From contig CAVOOO010000009.1 of assembly GCA_963697585.1 (NCBI GenBank), positions 28,656-92,655 of the forward strand: a DNA stretch of 64,000 nt. Direction: 5' to 3'. Source of the DNA: an uncultured Chloroflexia bacterium (lineage in GTDB: Bacteria; Chloroflexota; Dormibacteria; Aeolococcales; Aeolococcaceae). Below the pieces are notes generated by a model. That model was not told where the DNA came from, made no database searches, and saw nothing but the letters and a program-made list of their open reading frames with translations. Shown piece after piece: positions 1 through 9,705 of this stretch; the first letter of the stretch is position 1, and each line of letters opens with the position of its first letter. The position numbers and the translations under genes were made by a program.

Positions 1-960
1 GGTGTTGCCGAAGTTGTCAGAGAGGAACCACAGCCGGCCATCCCGCCCCTGGACCATCGCGGTCGGAAACTGGAAGAGATTCCACGGGAGCACGTGCACT
101 CCTCCAGCGGGGCTCACCTGGGCGATGCCCCAGGGCACGTCCCCGTACGAGACCCACAGCTCCCCGGCCGGACCGGGGAGGAGCGCCTGGACGTCGCCGT
201 GGGGCAGGCGCACCGTCCTGACCAGGGAACCCTCCGGGCTCAGCTCGGCGAGCACCTTCCAGGGACCGCTGTTGGGCACGCAGCTGCAGGGGTTGGTCCA
301 CACCGACCCGTCCGGCATCACCGTCACCTGGTTGGCGTTCTGGAGGCTGGAGGGCAGCGAGTATTCGCTGACGCTCCCGCTGGGTGTGATCATGGCGAGC
401 GCATTGATGTGGTTGAGGGCGGCCCACAGCGACCCATCCGGCGCTGCGGCGAGGGAGAGCAGGTAGCCGTCCGAGCCCGGCACGGTGAAGGTCTGAAACC
501 GGCCGGTGGCGAGGTCGAGTCGCATGATCTGGCCGGTGGAGAGACCGAACCAGGGGTCTCCGTTGGGGGTGACCGCGAGACATGCGGGCTCCCCGTCGTC
601 GACCTGGAGCGTCGATGCGATCGGGTAGGTGCGTATGCCCCCGGTGGCGGCGACATCGAGAAGCCGCCAGCCGCTGTCGTAGGTGTCTGCCAGGACCCAG
701 TCCCCGCCGGCTCCGTCGGCGGCCACGCAGAAGGCCTTCAGGGTCGAAGGCCCGAGGGTCACCGCCCGGACGGAGCCCACCCCGGAGTGGGGGACGGGGT
801 GGTAAGGAGCCCAAGCCGTGGCGGTGAGGGGCAGCAACGCGACCAGCGCGGCGCCAATAGCGCCGGCGACGGTCGCGGGGAGCCGCAGCCCCCGCCTCGC
901 GCGCATCGCCCATCCCCCGACCGAGCCGGACCCGTCTCCGGCTTGTGCGAACTCTACCAT
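1..960 (-). CDS. Secreted Vgb (virginiamycin B lyase)-like beta-propeller protein, running off the window edge
   Basis: Not in the ORF track because no stop lies in the window. Manual translation from ATG 960 gives a signal-like N-terminus (ATVAGAIGAALVALLPLTATAWA), then repeats LAVTPNGDPWF, LAAAPDGSLW, VTVMPDGSVW, LLPGPAGELW, MVQGRDGRLWF. An in-frame alternative start is at 906. Confidence 0.7.
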   Translation of the reverse strand, partial: MVEFAQAGDGSGSVGGWAMRARRGLRLPATVAGAIGAALVALLPLTATAWAPYHPVPHSGVGSVRAVTLGPSTLKAFCVAADGAGGDWVLADTYDSGWRLLDVAATGGIRTYPIASTLQVDDGEPACLAVTPNGDPWFGLSTGQIMRLDLATGRFQTFTVPGSDGYLLSLAAAPDGSLWAALNHINALAMITPSGSVSEYSLPSSLQNANQVTVMPDGSVWTNPCSCVPNSGPWKVLAELSPEGSLVRTVRLPHGDVQALLPGPAGELWVSYGDVPWGIAQVSPAGGVHVLPWNLFQFPTAMVQGRDGRLWFLSDNFGNT

Positions 961-1503
961 CCACTCGGGCCAGGTCAATCTGCGCGCGCTCCCCGGTCGT
1001 CCGGGCGTCCCTGAATGAAGCCGGGCGCCTGATTGGTGAACCTGTGTTGGGCAGTTGGCGATGACCACGGTGACCGAGGTCGTGGCCCCGAGGCCGCTGC
1101 AACCGACCTACCTCGACGGCGGCAAGAGGGGACGCACCGTGTCGGTACACCTCACGCCCGGCCGCCCGGGCGGCGCTCGCCGGGAGCGCGTGCGCCTCTG
1201 AGAGCATCGTCCAACAATCCGCCTGCGGCGAGAAGCCGAAGAACACCAACCCGAGCACGTTCCTTCCAAACCGGATGTCGCGAGCGCGAGTCTCGTCCTC
1301 CCGCTCCATGGACTGATTCGTTCAGCTGTGCCTGCCGTCTCAGTGCCATCGTCGCGGCCGTGCCCCTCCGCACCGGCCCTGAGATGGAGGAGCCGGTTTG
1401 CCCTCGCCCCAACGGTGGGCTGCCCTCGGCGGGAGATCCTCCGTCGCGCCGGGTGGCCCGCCGCGGACGCCGGGGTCACCGGGCCCGGTGGCGGACCGGC
1501 CGA

Positions 1504-2169
1504 TCACGCGCCGAGCTGTGGCGGAAGCAGCAGCGCGGACAGGCTGTCGGTGAGCCAGCCCGTGTACTGCAGGCGGGTCCAGCCCATCCGCTGCGTGAGC
1601 AGCAGCACCATCTCAGCGCTCGTCAACGCCCAGATCGTCTCAGCCGCGCGGTCCACGGACACGCCCTCACGCAGCGGCCCGTTCCGAGCGATTGCAACCG
1701 CAACCTCCCGCATGCTCCGTCGCCGCTCGCGCAGCGTGTCGTCGTACTGGCCAGCCATGTCGGGCTCGGTTCGGGAAGCGTCGGCGAGGACGGCCAGCAA
1801 TGGCGCGACGCGTTCCATGATCGCTGCGATGCTCTCGGCGAAGGCGCGGATCTGCGCCCGCTGGTCAGTGAGCGCCATCACCACGCGCGGCTCATCCCTC
1901 TCGATGATCGGGGCGGGGTCCTCGTCACCCGTGATTGCGATGTGGATGAGTTGCTGCAGCAACGACCGTTTGCTGCCGAATGTGGAGTACACGGTGATGG
2001 CCGCGACTTCGGCAGCCGCGGCGATGGCCGCCACCGTCGTTCCGGCGTAGCCGCGCTCGGGGTAGAGGCGGCGCGCCGCCTCGAGGATGGCCGAACGAGT
2101 TGAGGCAGCCTGGCGGGCCCGGTGCTCTGAACGGTAGGTGCGCTCCCCTCGCTTGACATCGGCCATCAC
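1504..2169 (-). CDS. TetR/AcrR family transcriptional regulator
   Basis: N-terminal HTH TRSAILEAARRLYPERGYAGTTVAAIAAAAEVAAITVYSTFGSKRSLL; divergent from the SnoaL-like gene. Confidence 0.92.
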   Translation of the reverse strand: MMADVKRGERTYRSEHRARQAASTRSAILEAARRLYPERGYAGTTVAAIAAAAEVAAITVYSTFGSKRSLLQQLIHIAITGDEDPAPIIERDEPRVVMALTDQRAQIRAFAESIAAIMERVAPLLAVLADASRTEPDMAGQYDDTLRERRRSMREVAVAIARNGPLREGVSVDRAAETIWALTSAEMVLLLTQRMGWTRLQYTGWLTDSLSALLLPPQLGA

Positions 2170-2194
2170 CCCTATTATAGTGGCCGCATCTTCG

Positions 2195-2211
2195 ATATAG
2201 TTAGACTATAT
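2195..2211. promoter_or_regulatory. Inverted repeat ATATAGT-N3-ACTATAT, candidate TetR operator
   Basis: Perfect 7-bp arms in the AT-rich gap between the divergent TetR and SnoaL-like genes. Confidence 0.6.
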
Positions 2212-2242
2212 TCAAATGGAGACCGCGAGGAGGGATGGCGAG

Positions 2243-2691
2243 ATGGCACCGGGAGTGGCTTCCGCGGGGGAGGAGGAGCGCAACGTCACGCCTTCCATCG
2301 GCTGATCCGTGAAGGCTTCAGTGGGGGAGACCTGTTGGTGGTGGACGAGATCTGCGCTGAGGACCACGTTGAGCATCAGGACGGCTTCAACCCGCCGGAC
2401 CGCCGGGGGGTCAAGCAGGGGATTGCGTTCCTGCACCGGCTGTCGCCGGACATCGAGGTGACCGTCGAAGACCTCGAGGCCCAGGGCGACAAGGTGTGGG
2501 CACGGCTGCGTGCTCGGGGGATGCACTCGGGCCACATCCTCGGCGGACCGACGGGACAAGCCTTCGACATCACGATCATGGACGTCTGCCGGTTCCGAGA
2601 TGGTCGGGTCATCGAGCACTGGGGGGTGCCCGACCGCTTCGCTCAGATGCAACAGCTCGGGATCGTCCCTGGCGCAGGATCAGGGCGCTGA
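2243..2691 (+). CDS. SnoaL-like ester cyclase (NTF2 fold), apparent frameshift near 2289
   Basis: AGGAGG RBS before ATG 2243. EEERNV joins AFHRLIREGFSGGDLLVVDEI... only after a frame change. The C-terminus (GDKVWARLRARGMH, ITIMDVCRFRDGRVIEHWGVPD) is typical of the family. Confidence 0.8.
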
Positions 2692-2796
2692 TAGCCGGTT
2701 GGTGGGAGCGAGGCTGGGCAAGGCATCTGCCCCTGGTCCAGGCTCGCCGACCACCTCAACTCAAACGCGGCAACGGGGAAGGTCAGGGGACGAACG

Positions 2797-3815
2797 TCAT
2801 GCGTACTGGCGTCGCAGCCACCAGTAGCTGAACCCGCAGAGCGCCAGCGCGGCCGCGAGGAAGATGCCCAGCTCGGCCCACTGGAACGACCAGAAGCGGC
2901 TGGCCGGCTGGTAGGTGACAAGCGTGTGGAAGGTTGCAGATAGCTTGTCTTGACAGGCGCGAAGCGCCGCCAGAGGTTGCGGCTGGTTGAGCGCGGCAAT
3001 GCCGGGGCAAGCATGGAGCACGTAGGGGCCTGTCAGCATGGCACCGGAATGGTTGACGACGGTTGCCGCGTACACCCAGGCATTGGGGATGGTCACATGG
3101 GGTGGGGTGAGCGATAGGGTGCTTGCCGAAACCTGCACGTCAAAGCCCGGACGCGCCGTCAGGAACGAGAGGGTCTCGTGGAGAGGCGAGGTGAGGTTCG
3201 GGCGAACCCAGGCCGTGACCGCGATGCGCGCCACCAGGAATCCCACGAGCGTGGCGCCCATCGCCGCGACCGTTCGGCGCAGCAGCACCCCCACCGTCAC
3301 CCCGAGGGCGAAGGCGAAGGCGGCGTAGCCGATCGGTACGATGCCGTGGAGACCGAAACTGACTGGATCGAAGCTGTTCTGAGTGGCGGCATCGAGCGGG
3401 GTCTGCCACCAGTCGACCATCCAGGTGAGAAGTCCGCCCATCGCCACCGCGCCCAGACCGACGAGTTCGAGCTTCACCGCGAGCCAGCGCCGAAGGGTGA
3501 CACTCTGGGTCCAGGCCAGTCGAAAGGTGCCATCCTCGAGCTCGCGGGCGATGAGCGGTGCCCCCAGGAACAGGCCGATGAGCGCGGGGGCAACGGTCGC
3601 GATCGTCGCCACCAGGGCCTGCAGCCCCTGATCCACCCCGCGCACGGGGTTGGCCGCCGCGGTGCAGTTTCCCGAGGCCCTGCAGGTGGCCTGGAAGGCG
3701 TCATTGACCTGGGCCAGGTTGCCGCCGGTGATGCGGAGCACGACGGCGAGCACCGCGAGCAAGCCGACCCCGATGACTGCCTCAGTGCGGAGCGGCGCAG
3801 CGCCAACCGGATCAC
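2797..3815 (-). CDS. ABC-2 type transporter permease, apparent frameshift near 3790
   Basis: GTG start overlaps the ATPase stop; MIRLALRR joins RTEAVIG after a frame change. Contains GLFLGAPLIARELEDGTFRLAWTQSVTLRRWL and YQPASRFWSFQWAE. Confidence 0.85.
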
Positions 3816-4701
3816 GCACGAACCTCCAGCTTCGGCCGGCGGTCCTCCTGGGCGGCGCGGGTCATGTAGGCGAGGACGAGATCCTCGAGGTCGAGCTGTG
3901 CTACCGACCAGGCCGGATCGAGGATGGGATTGCCGGTCCGAACGATGAGGGTTGCTTGCCGGTCGGTGTGGCTCTCGCTGATGACCTGCTGGTCGCTCGG
4001 CAGGGCGTGGCGATCGTGGCGTGGGCCGGTGAGTTGATGGTGGGTCCTGAGCAGCTCGTCGATGTCGCCGGCAATCTGGACCCGTGAGCCGGCCAGGACG
4101 ACCAGATGGTCGCAGACCCGCTCCAGGTCGGCGATCAGGTGGAGGAGAGGATGACGCTGGCGCCGTGCTCGGCGACGACCTCCATCAGTCCCTGTAGGAA
4201 CTCACGACGTGCCAGCGGATCGAGGCTCGCGACCGGCTCGTCGAGGACCAGCAGCTCCGGTTGCTTGGCCACCGCGAGGGTGAGGGCGAGCTGGGCGCGC
4301 TGCCCGCCCGAGAGCTGGCCGGCCCGCTGACGGGGGTCGAGCCCGAGTTCGGCGACGCGCTCCTCCGCGAGCTTGGCGTCCCACGTCGGGTTCATCCACC
4401 GGCCGAAGCGCAGGTGGTCATCGATCGACAGCCCCGCGTAGGTCGGGGCGTCCTGGGCGACGAAGCCGACGCGGGCCAGCTGGCTCGGAGTTGTGCCCGG
4501 GCGTCCAGCGAGGACGTTGATCGACCCGGCGGTCGGGCGCAGGAGCCCGACGGAGAGGTGGAGGAGGGTCGTCTTGCCGGCGCCGTTGGGGCCGACCAGC
4601 CCGACAACCTTGCCTGGGGGAATGGCCAGCGTGCACTCCGAGAGTGCCCATTTCCGGCCGTAGCGCTTGCCGAGCCCGTTGGTCTCGAGGACGGCGCTCA
4701 C
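3812..4701 (-). CDS. ABC transporter ATP-binding protein, apparent frameshift near 4140
   Basis: Walker A GPNGAGKTT, signature LSGGQ, Walker B LLVLDEP. The H-loop (SSHL) reads TCCTCCACCTG, one C short, and the C-terminus (LDLEDLVLAYM) continues in another frame. Confidence 0.88.
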
Positions 4702-5089
4702 GCTACGTCTTCCGTCGAGGCGGCCCGAAAGCCGTCGCGAAAGAGCGCCTCGATGCTCTCGTCGTCGAGGCCCGCACGCCGCGCCTCGGCGAACCATCGG
4801 AGGAGCTCCCGGCGCAGCCCGGCGTGTGCCGCGAGCGAGGCGTCGCTCAGCGTCCGGGTCACGAAGGTCCCGATCCCCGGTCGGGCAGCCACCAGTCCAT
4901 CGTGCTCGAGCTCCCGATACGCCTTCAGCACGGTATTGGGGTTGATGGCCAGACGCGCGACCACGTCCTTGACGGTGGGGAGCGGTCCCCTTCGCCGAGC
5001 AGCCCCAGGCGGAGCGCCTGGCGCACCTGATGGACGACCTGGAGGTACGGCGCCACGCCCGAGCGGCTGTCCAGATGGAACTCGATCAC
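4698..5089 (-). CDS. GntR family regulator (YtrA-like), apparent frameshift near 4985
   Basis: VIEFHLDSRSGVAPYLQVVHQVRQALRLG joins PTVKDVVARLAINPNTVLKAYRELE across a frame change; first gene of a GntR-ABC-permease operon. Confidence 0.85.
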
Positions 5090-5114
5090 CGTCCCGCCTC
5101 CTGTTGCCTCTCGA

Positions 5115-5137
5115 GTATATCTATCATCATAGGACAC
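5115..5137. promoter_or_regulatory. Imperfect palindrome around CTAT-N4-ATAG, candidate GntR autoregulatory site
   Basis: AT-rich dyad about 25-50 bp upstream of the GntR start. Confidence 0.35.
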
Positions 5138-5400
5138 TATATCGCTGGGGTGGCGGCTCGCGCCACGTCCGGATCTCGGGCACCCAGGAGGTCGCCGCCT
5201 TCGCAGAGCAGAGGGCAAGGCGGGGGACGACGCGGGGCGGTTGCGGGCCGGCTCTCATGACCGCGTCGATCTGTCGGGTGGGGCGGTCCGGGGCCTTGCG
5301 AGGGCCGGCGAGAGGCTCCAACATGCGTGCAGCGGGGGAGGGCGCGGAGTGGAGATCCGGGTTGCGACCGGGGTGTCGACCTGGAGCAGGAGGGGATGGG

Positions 5401-5931
5401 ATGCCGGCCGAGGAGGTGACCGCGGAGATCCATGGGTTCAGCGAGCCCGGGTCGACCCCGACGCCGTGGGCAGTGGGACGCGAACATCTGCGTGCAGCAG
5501 ACACCTTCTGGCTCTCCACCGTCCGTCCCGACGGCCGGCCTCACGTGACGCCCCTGATCGCTGTCTGGCACGCGGAGGCGCTCTGGTTCGCAACCGGGCC
5601 TGACGAGCGCAAGGCGAGGAACCTGGCCGGGAACCCGTCGTGCGTGCTGACGACCGGGCGCAGCGACCTGGTCGAGGGAGGGCTGGACATCGTGCTCGAG
5701 GGCCGGGCTGAGCAGGTGACGGACGACGCCGAGCTCGAGCCGGTCGCGACCGCCTTCGCGGTCAAGTACCCGACCGGTCCATGGGACTTCGTGGTGCGCG
5801 ATGGGGCCTTCAGCGACCGGGATGACGGTGGGCGCGTGATCGTGTTCCGGCTGCGCCCGGCGCGGGGCCTGGGGTTTCGCAAGGGCGACCATTTCAGCCA
5901 GACCACGTGGCGCTGGAACTCATCACGATGA
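5401..5931 (+). CDS. Pyridoxamine 5'-phosphate oxidase-like (split-barrel flavin/F420-binding) protein
   Basis: FWLSTVRPDGRPHVTPLIAVW and KARNLAGNPSCVL motifs; it is the C-terminal part of track ORF 4261..5931. Confidence 0.85.
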   Translation: MPAEEVTAEIHGFSEPGSTPTPWAVGREHLRAADTFWLSTVRPDGRPHVTPLIAVWHAEALWFATGPDERKARNLAGNPSCVLTTGRSDLVEGGLDIVLEGRAEQVTDDAELEPVATAFAVKYPTGPWDFVVRDGAFSDRDDGGRVIVFRLRPARGLGFRKGDHFSQTTWRWNSSR

Positions 5932-6037
5932 TCGCCGGCCGCGCGGGTCCGCCTGCCTGTGGGGTGCGCTGATCTGCGCGAGAGGCGACGTCCCGATGGC
6001 GGGAGGTCTGGAGATCAGACGCGCAGTCGGGACGACC

Positions 6038-6240
6038 TCAGGAGGCGGGATCGGCCTCGGGTATGGTTCGGGTAACCCGAGCGGGCGATCCGAGGGCAAC
6101 GATGATGGCGGGAAGGTCCTTGGTCACGACGGCTCCCGCACCCACCACCGTGTTGTCACCGATGCTGACGCCGGGGCAGACGATCACGCCCCCGCCAAGC
6201 CAGACGGTGGATCCGATGGTGATGGGCTCGGCACGCAGGG
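6038..6240 (-). pseudogene. 3' remnant of a maltose/galactoside O-acetyltransferase (hexapeptide repeat)
   Basis: AEPITIGSTVWLGGGVIVCPGVSIGDNTVVGAGAVVTKDLP...GSPARV matches the Maa/LacA C-terminus; the N-terminal two thirds are absent. Confidence 0.7.
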
Positions 6241-6275
6241 GCCGCCACCTGACGTGATCTGGGACCGCGGCTAAG

Positions 6276-7232
6276 ATGCGGGTGGCGGTCGCATGGGACG
6301 GGAGGGCGGTCGAGGTGGGTGACGCACTGATGTGCGGGTACGGGTGGTCCGGGCAGCTCTGCCTGGCGTATTCGCAGAACGGCTCCACCTGGGGCTGGAA
6401 CCGGATCGAGGCGCAGCAGACGGTGGACTTGGTGGGCCTCACCTACTCGCCCGACACGGATCAGATCTGGTGCGCCTTTCGTGGGACGCGCACGGGAAGG
6501 GTGTTCCTCGCCTCCTCGCCGGCGTGGGAGCATATCGACACCGGGGTGGCCGCGCTGGTGGGGCCGGGCCTGGCGGCCGCGGTGAACGGCGCTGCGCCCA
6601 CGGACGTCCTCATGGTCGCCTTCCTCGATGATCCGACCTCGCGCATCAAGGTCCTCTGCCTGGACTGGGGCGACGCCCGCTACTACAGCGGTCCGTGGGA
6701 CACGGGAGAGTCGAGTCACCTGGCGCCGGCCATCGTGGAATGGGGGGGGATCCCCACCGTCGCCTACATCGGCGAGGACTCGCATCGAGTGGAGGTGGTG
6801 CAGCCCTTCGTCGGTGGCGGCGGCGTGGGCGAGGAGGACACGGTGGACTTCCTCGACTGGGGGCAGCTGCCACCGACAGGGCAGTCGAGCCGTGCGGCCC
6901 CGGCCATGGCGGCGTTCAAAGGTGAGCTCTGGGTCGCCTACCTCGGCGAGGAAACCAATCGGATTGAGTTGATCTCCTTCGCCTACGGCGCTGCCGCCTG
7001 GTCCCAGCGGGTGGTGACGACGCGGACGAGCAGCCAGTCGCCGGCGATGGCCGTGTTCCAGAAGGCTCTCTACGTCGCCTACGTCGGCGTGGACGATTAC
7101 CTCGAGGTGATCACCTCGGCCGACGGCGTGCGTTGGGAGCCCGCGACCTGGATGCCCATCCTCGTTCCCGTCGGCACCGGCCTCGCCATGATCACGGCGC
7201 CGGCGGCGGCCTACGGAGTGCCGGTCAACTGA
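6276..7232 (+). CDS. Hypothetical repeat protein, probable beta-propeller
   Basis: Degenerate repeats: TGESSHLAPAIVEWGGIPTVAYIG, TGQSSRAAPAMAAFKGELWVAYLG, TRTSSQSPAMAVFQKALYVAYVG, TGVAALVGPGLAA. Confidence 0.7.
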   Translation: MRVAVAWDGRAVEVGDALMCGYGWSGQLCLAYSQNGSTWGWNRIEAQQTVDLVGLTYSPDTDQIWCAFRGTRTGRVFLASSPAWEHIDTGVAALVGPGLAAAVNGAAPTDVLMVAFLDDPTSRIKVLCLDWGDARYYSGPWDTGESSHLAPAIVEWGGIPTVAYIGEDSHRVEVVQPFVGGGGVGEEDTVDFLDWGQLPPTGQSSRAAPAMAAFKGELWVAYLGEETNRIELISFAYGAAAWSQRVVTTRTSSQSPAMAVFQKALYVAYVGVDDYLEVITSADGVRWEPATWMPILVPVGTGLAMITAPAAAYGVPVN

Positions 7233-7274
7233 GCTCGCCCTGGCGATGCGCGGTGCCAGGGGCTACCGGCCTGG

Positions 7275-8395
7275 TCAGTGGCCCACGCCGGGTGAGCTGG
7301 GCGTGGCGGGACGTGGCGAGCTCGAATCCCCGGTCCACGCCGCGGCCGCGATGGCTGCCACGCAGCTGTCCTCACCTTCACGATCAGCGCCGCTCCGAGC
7401 CCCCACCGGCGCCACCAGGGTTTCGGCCGACACGCCGGCAGCGTCCGTCGTCTCCCGCCCCGGGGGAACCGCCCCGGGTTGCGCCCGGGGTCGACCCATC
7501 ACCACTCCGACCAGCATGATCACGCCGCCGAGGAGCTGGAGCGGCAGGATCGGCTCCCCGATCATCAGGCCCGCCGCCACCACGGTCAGGAAGGGCTGCA
7601 GGTAGCTGTAGACGGTGGTCCGGGCGGGTCCCAATCGACGGACCCCGGGGAGATAGAGCCAGGTCGTCAGGGCCACCGCGGCCAGGGCGCTGTAGGCGAG
7701 CAAGCCGAGCCACGAGCCGGTGACATGCGGATGGTGGTTGATGGCCTCCACGGCACCGAATGGGACCAGCATCACCGCACCCACCGCGGTGACCCAGGCC
7801 GCCAGGGTCAGGGGGCGGTAGCGCGCCAGGAGCGTGGGCAGCAACAGCAGGTACACCGCCCAGCTCAGCGGATTCGCCAGGGCGACGGGGACGACCGCCC
7901 AGCTCGACCACGTGCCTCCCGCCGCTCCCACGACCAGCACCAGGCCGGCCAGGCCGAGGCCGAGGCCGCCCCAGACCTTGGCTGCGAAGTGCTCGCGGTT
8001 ACGCAGGACGAGCCAGCCGACCACCAGCAGCGGTGTGGTCCCGGAGATCATGGCGATGTTGTCCGCGTTGGTGGCGCCAGCGCCCCGGCGAAGCTGGCCT
8101 GGTTGACCAGGACCCCGGTCGCCGCGGCGGCTGCGATCAGCCCCATGTCGGCGCGTGCCGGGCGCGACAGGGGACCTTCCAACCAGCGAGCCAGGCCGCA
8201 GAGCGCCAGACCCCCGAGGACATAGCGGATCGCCGAGTAGGTGAATGGCCCGCTGTTGGTGAGGGCCAGCTTGACCACCACCACGTTGACGCCCCAGATG
8301 GTCGTGGCGGCCACCACCAGAACGTCGCCCCAGCCAAAACCGCGTTGCAATCGCCGGGCGCGCGCCGCCATCTCCAAATTCACCACACCCAGCAT
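7275..8395 (-). CDS. EamA/DMT family transporter, apparent frameshift near 8075
   Basis: IWGVNVVVVK...YSAIRY in one frame joins TNADNIAMISGTTPLLV...LGPARTTVYSYLQPFLTVVAAGLMIGE in another. Confidence 0.85.
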
Positions 8396-8510
8396 AGTCA
8401 CCACGAAGGGGTTGCCGCCCTGGCAGCTCCGCGGCTCGTTGAGGGCGACCCCGTGCTCTCATGTCGCGCCACACCAATCTCCGCGGTGGAGACAGAGCTA
8501 ACCTGAGCCC

Positions 8511-9113
8511 ATGAGACTGACGCTGCACACCTTCCTGACCCTCGATGGTGTGATGCAATCCCCCGGAGGTCGGGACGAGGATCCCGACGGCAGGTTCGAG
8601 TACGGGGGCTGGCTGTTCGCGTACGGCGACCAGGAGGTCGGCGCAACCGTCGCCGGCTGGTTCGAGAAGGCCGGGGCATTTCTGCTCGGTCGCAAGACGT
8701 ATCAGATCTTCAGCGGCCACTGGCCGAATGTCACCGAGCCTGACAACCGGATCGCGACAGCACTGAACGCTCTCCCGAAGTACGTGGCGTCCACCACGCT
8801 CGATGCGGTCGAGTGGGCACACTCCTCGCTGCTCGGCACCGACGTGCCCGCGGCGGTGGCCCGGCTGAAGGCGCAGCCCGGGGGCGAGCTCCAGATCCAC
8901 GGCAGCGGCGTGCTGGCTCGCACCCTCATCGATCACGATCTGATCGACGAGTACCGGCTCCTCTGCTTCCCGCTGCACCTCGGCACCGGCAAGCGGCTCT
9001 TCCAGGATGGGGTCCGGGCCGGCGCGTTGCGACTGGTCAGCAGCACCACGACCAGTGGGGGTGTGGTGATCGCCATCTATGAGCCGGGAGGCCCGGTCGA
9101 GCCAGGGTCGTAG
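8511..9113 (+). CDS. Dihydrofolate reductase-like (RibD C-terminal domain) protein
   Basis: FLTLDGVMQSPGG, FLLGRKTYQIF, ELQIHGSG, LIDEYRL, GTGKRLF motifs. Confidence 0.9.
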   Translation: MRLTLHTFLTLDGVMQSPGGRDEDPDGRFEYGGWLFAYGDQEVGATVAGWFEKAGAFLLGRKTYQIFSGHWPNVTEPDNRIATALNALPKYVASTTLDAVEWAHSSLLGTDVPAAVARLKAQPGGELQIHGSGVLARTLIDHDLIDEYRLLCFPLHLGTGKRLFQDGVRAGALRLVSSTTTSGGVVIAIYEPGGPVEPGS

Positions 9114-9275
9114 GTCAACCCCGCCGAGCGGGTGCGATCCGGTCGTCCGTTCCTCGATGCGGCGCTGGCCTGCCGAGGGGTCGCGAGTGCGAGCTCGTCT
9201 CCCGCTCCGCCGGCCCGCCCGATCGGTGCTCGTGCGGCGCTCACGGGACCCTTCGCGCCAAGCTACCCTTCCCCC

Positions 9276-9659
9276 ATGCCGCAGACGCGCCGGAGACGGA
9301 CCTCGAGGGGGCGAAGGCCCCGCGCCCAGCGGCGGGGTGAAGCTCTCGAGGCCGGGGGCCGGCCGACCCAGAGCCTGACCGGTCCGCATCTGGACGGAGC
9401 CGATCGCCGGGGCGCCCCGACCCGCCCCGTGAGCGCCGCCGGGCCGGCGCGCGCCACCCGGGCGGGCGTCTGGTACGCGGCCCTCTTCGGGGATTTGGTG
9501 GTCTTCCTCGCCTGCGGCTTGCTGGCGCAGAGCCTGCTGCCGCCGGTCGGCCGCACCGTGGCCTGGATCGTGCTGATCATGACCTTCGGGGTTGGCGCAG
9601 GGTGGCTCTGGGGGAGGGCGCGCCAGCCGCGCCGGCTCCCTGAGGTCCGGCACGAGTGA
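9276..9659 (+). CDS. Hypothetical membrane protein
   Basis: Arg-rich N-terminus then two hydrophobic segments; TACCCT hexamer 6 nt before the ATG. Confidence 0.5.
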   Translation: MPQTRRRRTSRGRRPRAQRRGEALEAGGRPTQSLTGPHLDGADRRGAPTRPVSAAGPARATRAGVWYAALFGDLVVFLACGLLAQSLLPPVGRTVAWIVLIMTFGVGAGWLWGRARQPRRLPEVRHE

Positions 9660-9705
9660 GCGGGAACCGTCGGCCTCACCAGGCCAGGGGGAACGGGGCG
9701 TTGGG

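Noticed and set aside
17-1309. 430-aa minus-strand ORF
   Set aside because: Most of it overlaps the Vgb-like gene out of frame and is Arg/Pro-rich shadow translation. The first ~70 aa (1100-1309) might be a real small or frameshifted gene, but I cannot support a call.
4261-5400. N-terminal two thirds of the 556-aa ORF
   Set aside because: Antisense to the ABC/GntR genes; only the part from ATG 5401 has family motifs.
7275-9653. 792-aa ORF read as one protein
   Set aside because: Only the last ~270 aa are the EamA C-terminus; the rest is antisense to the RibD-like and membrane genes.
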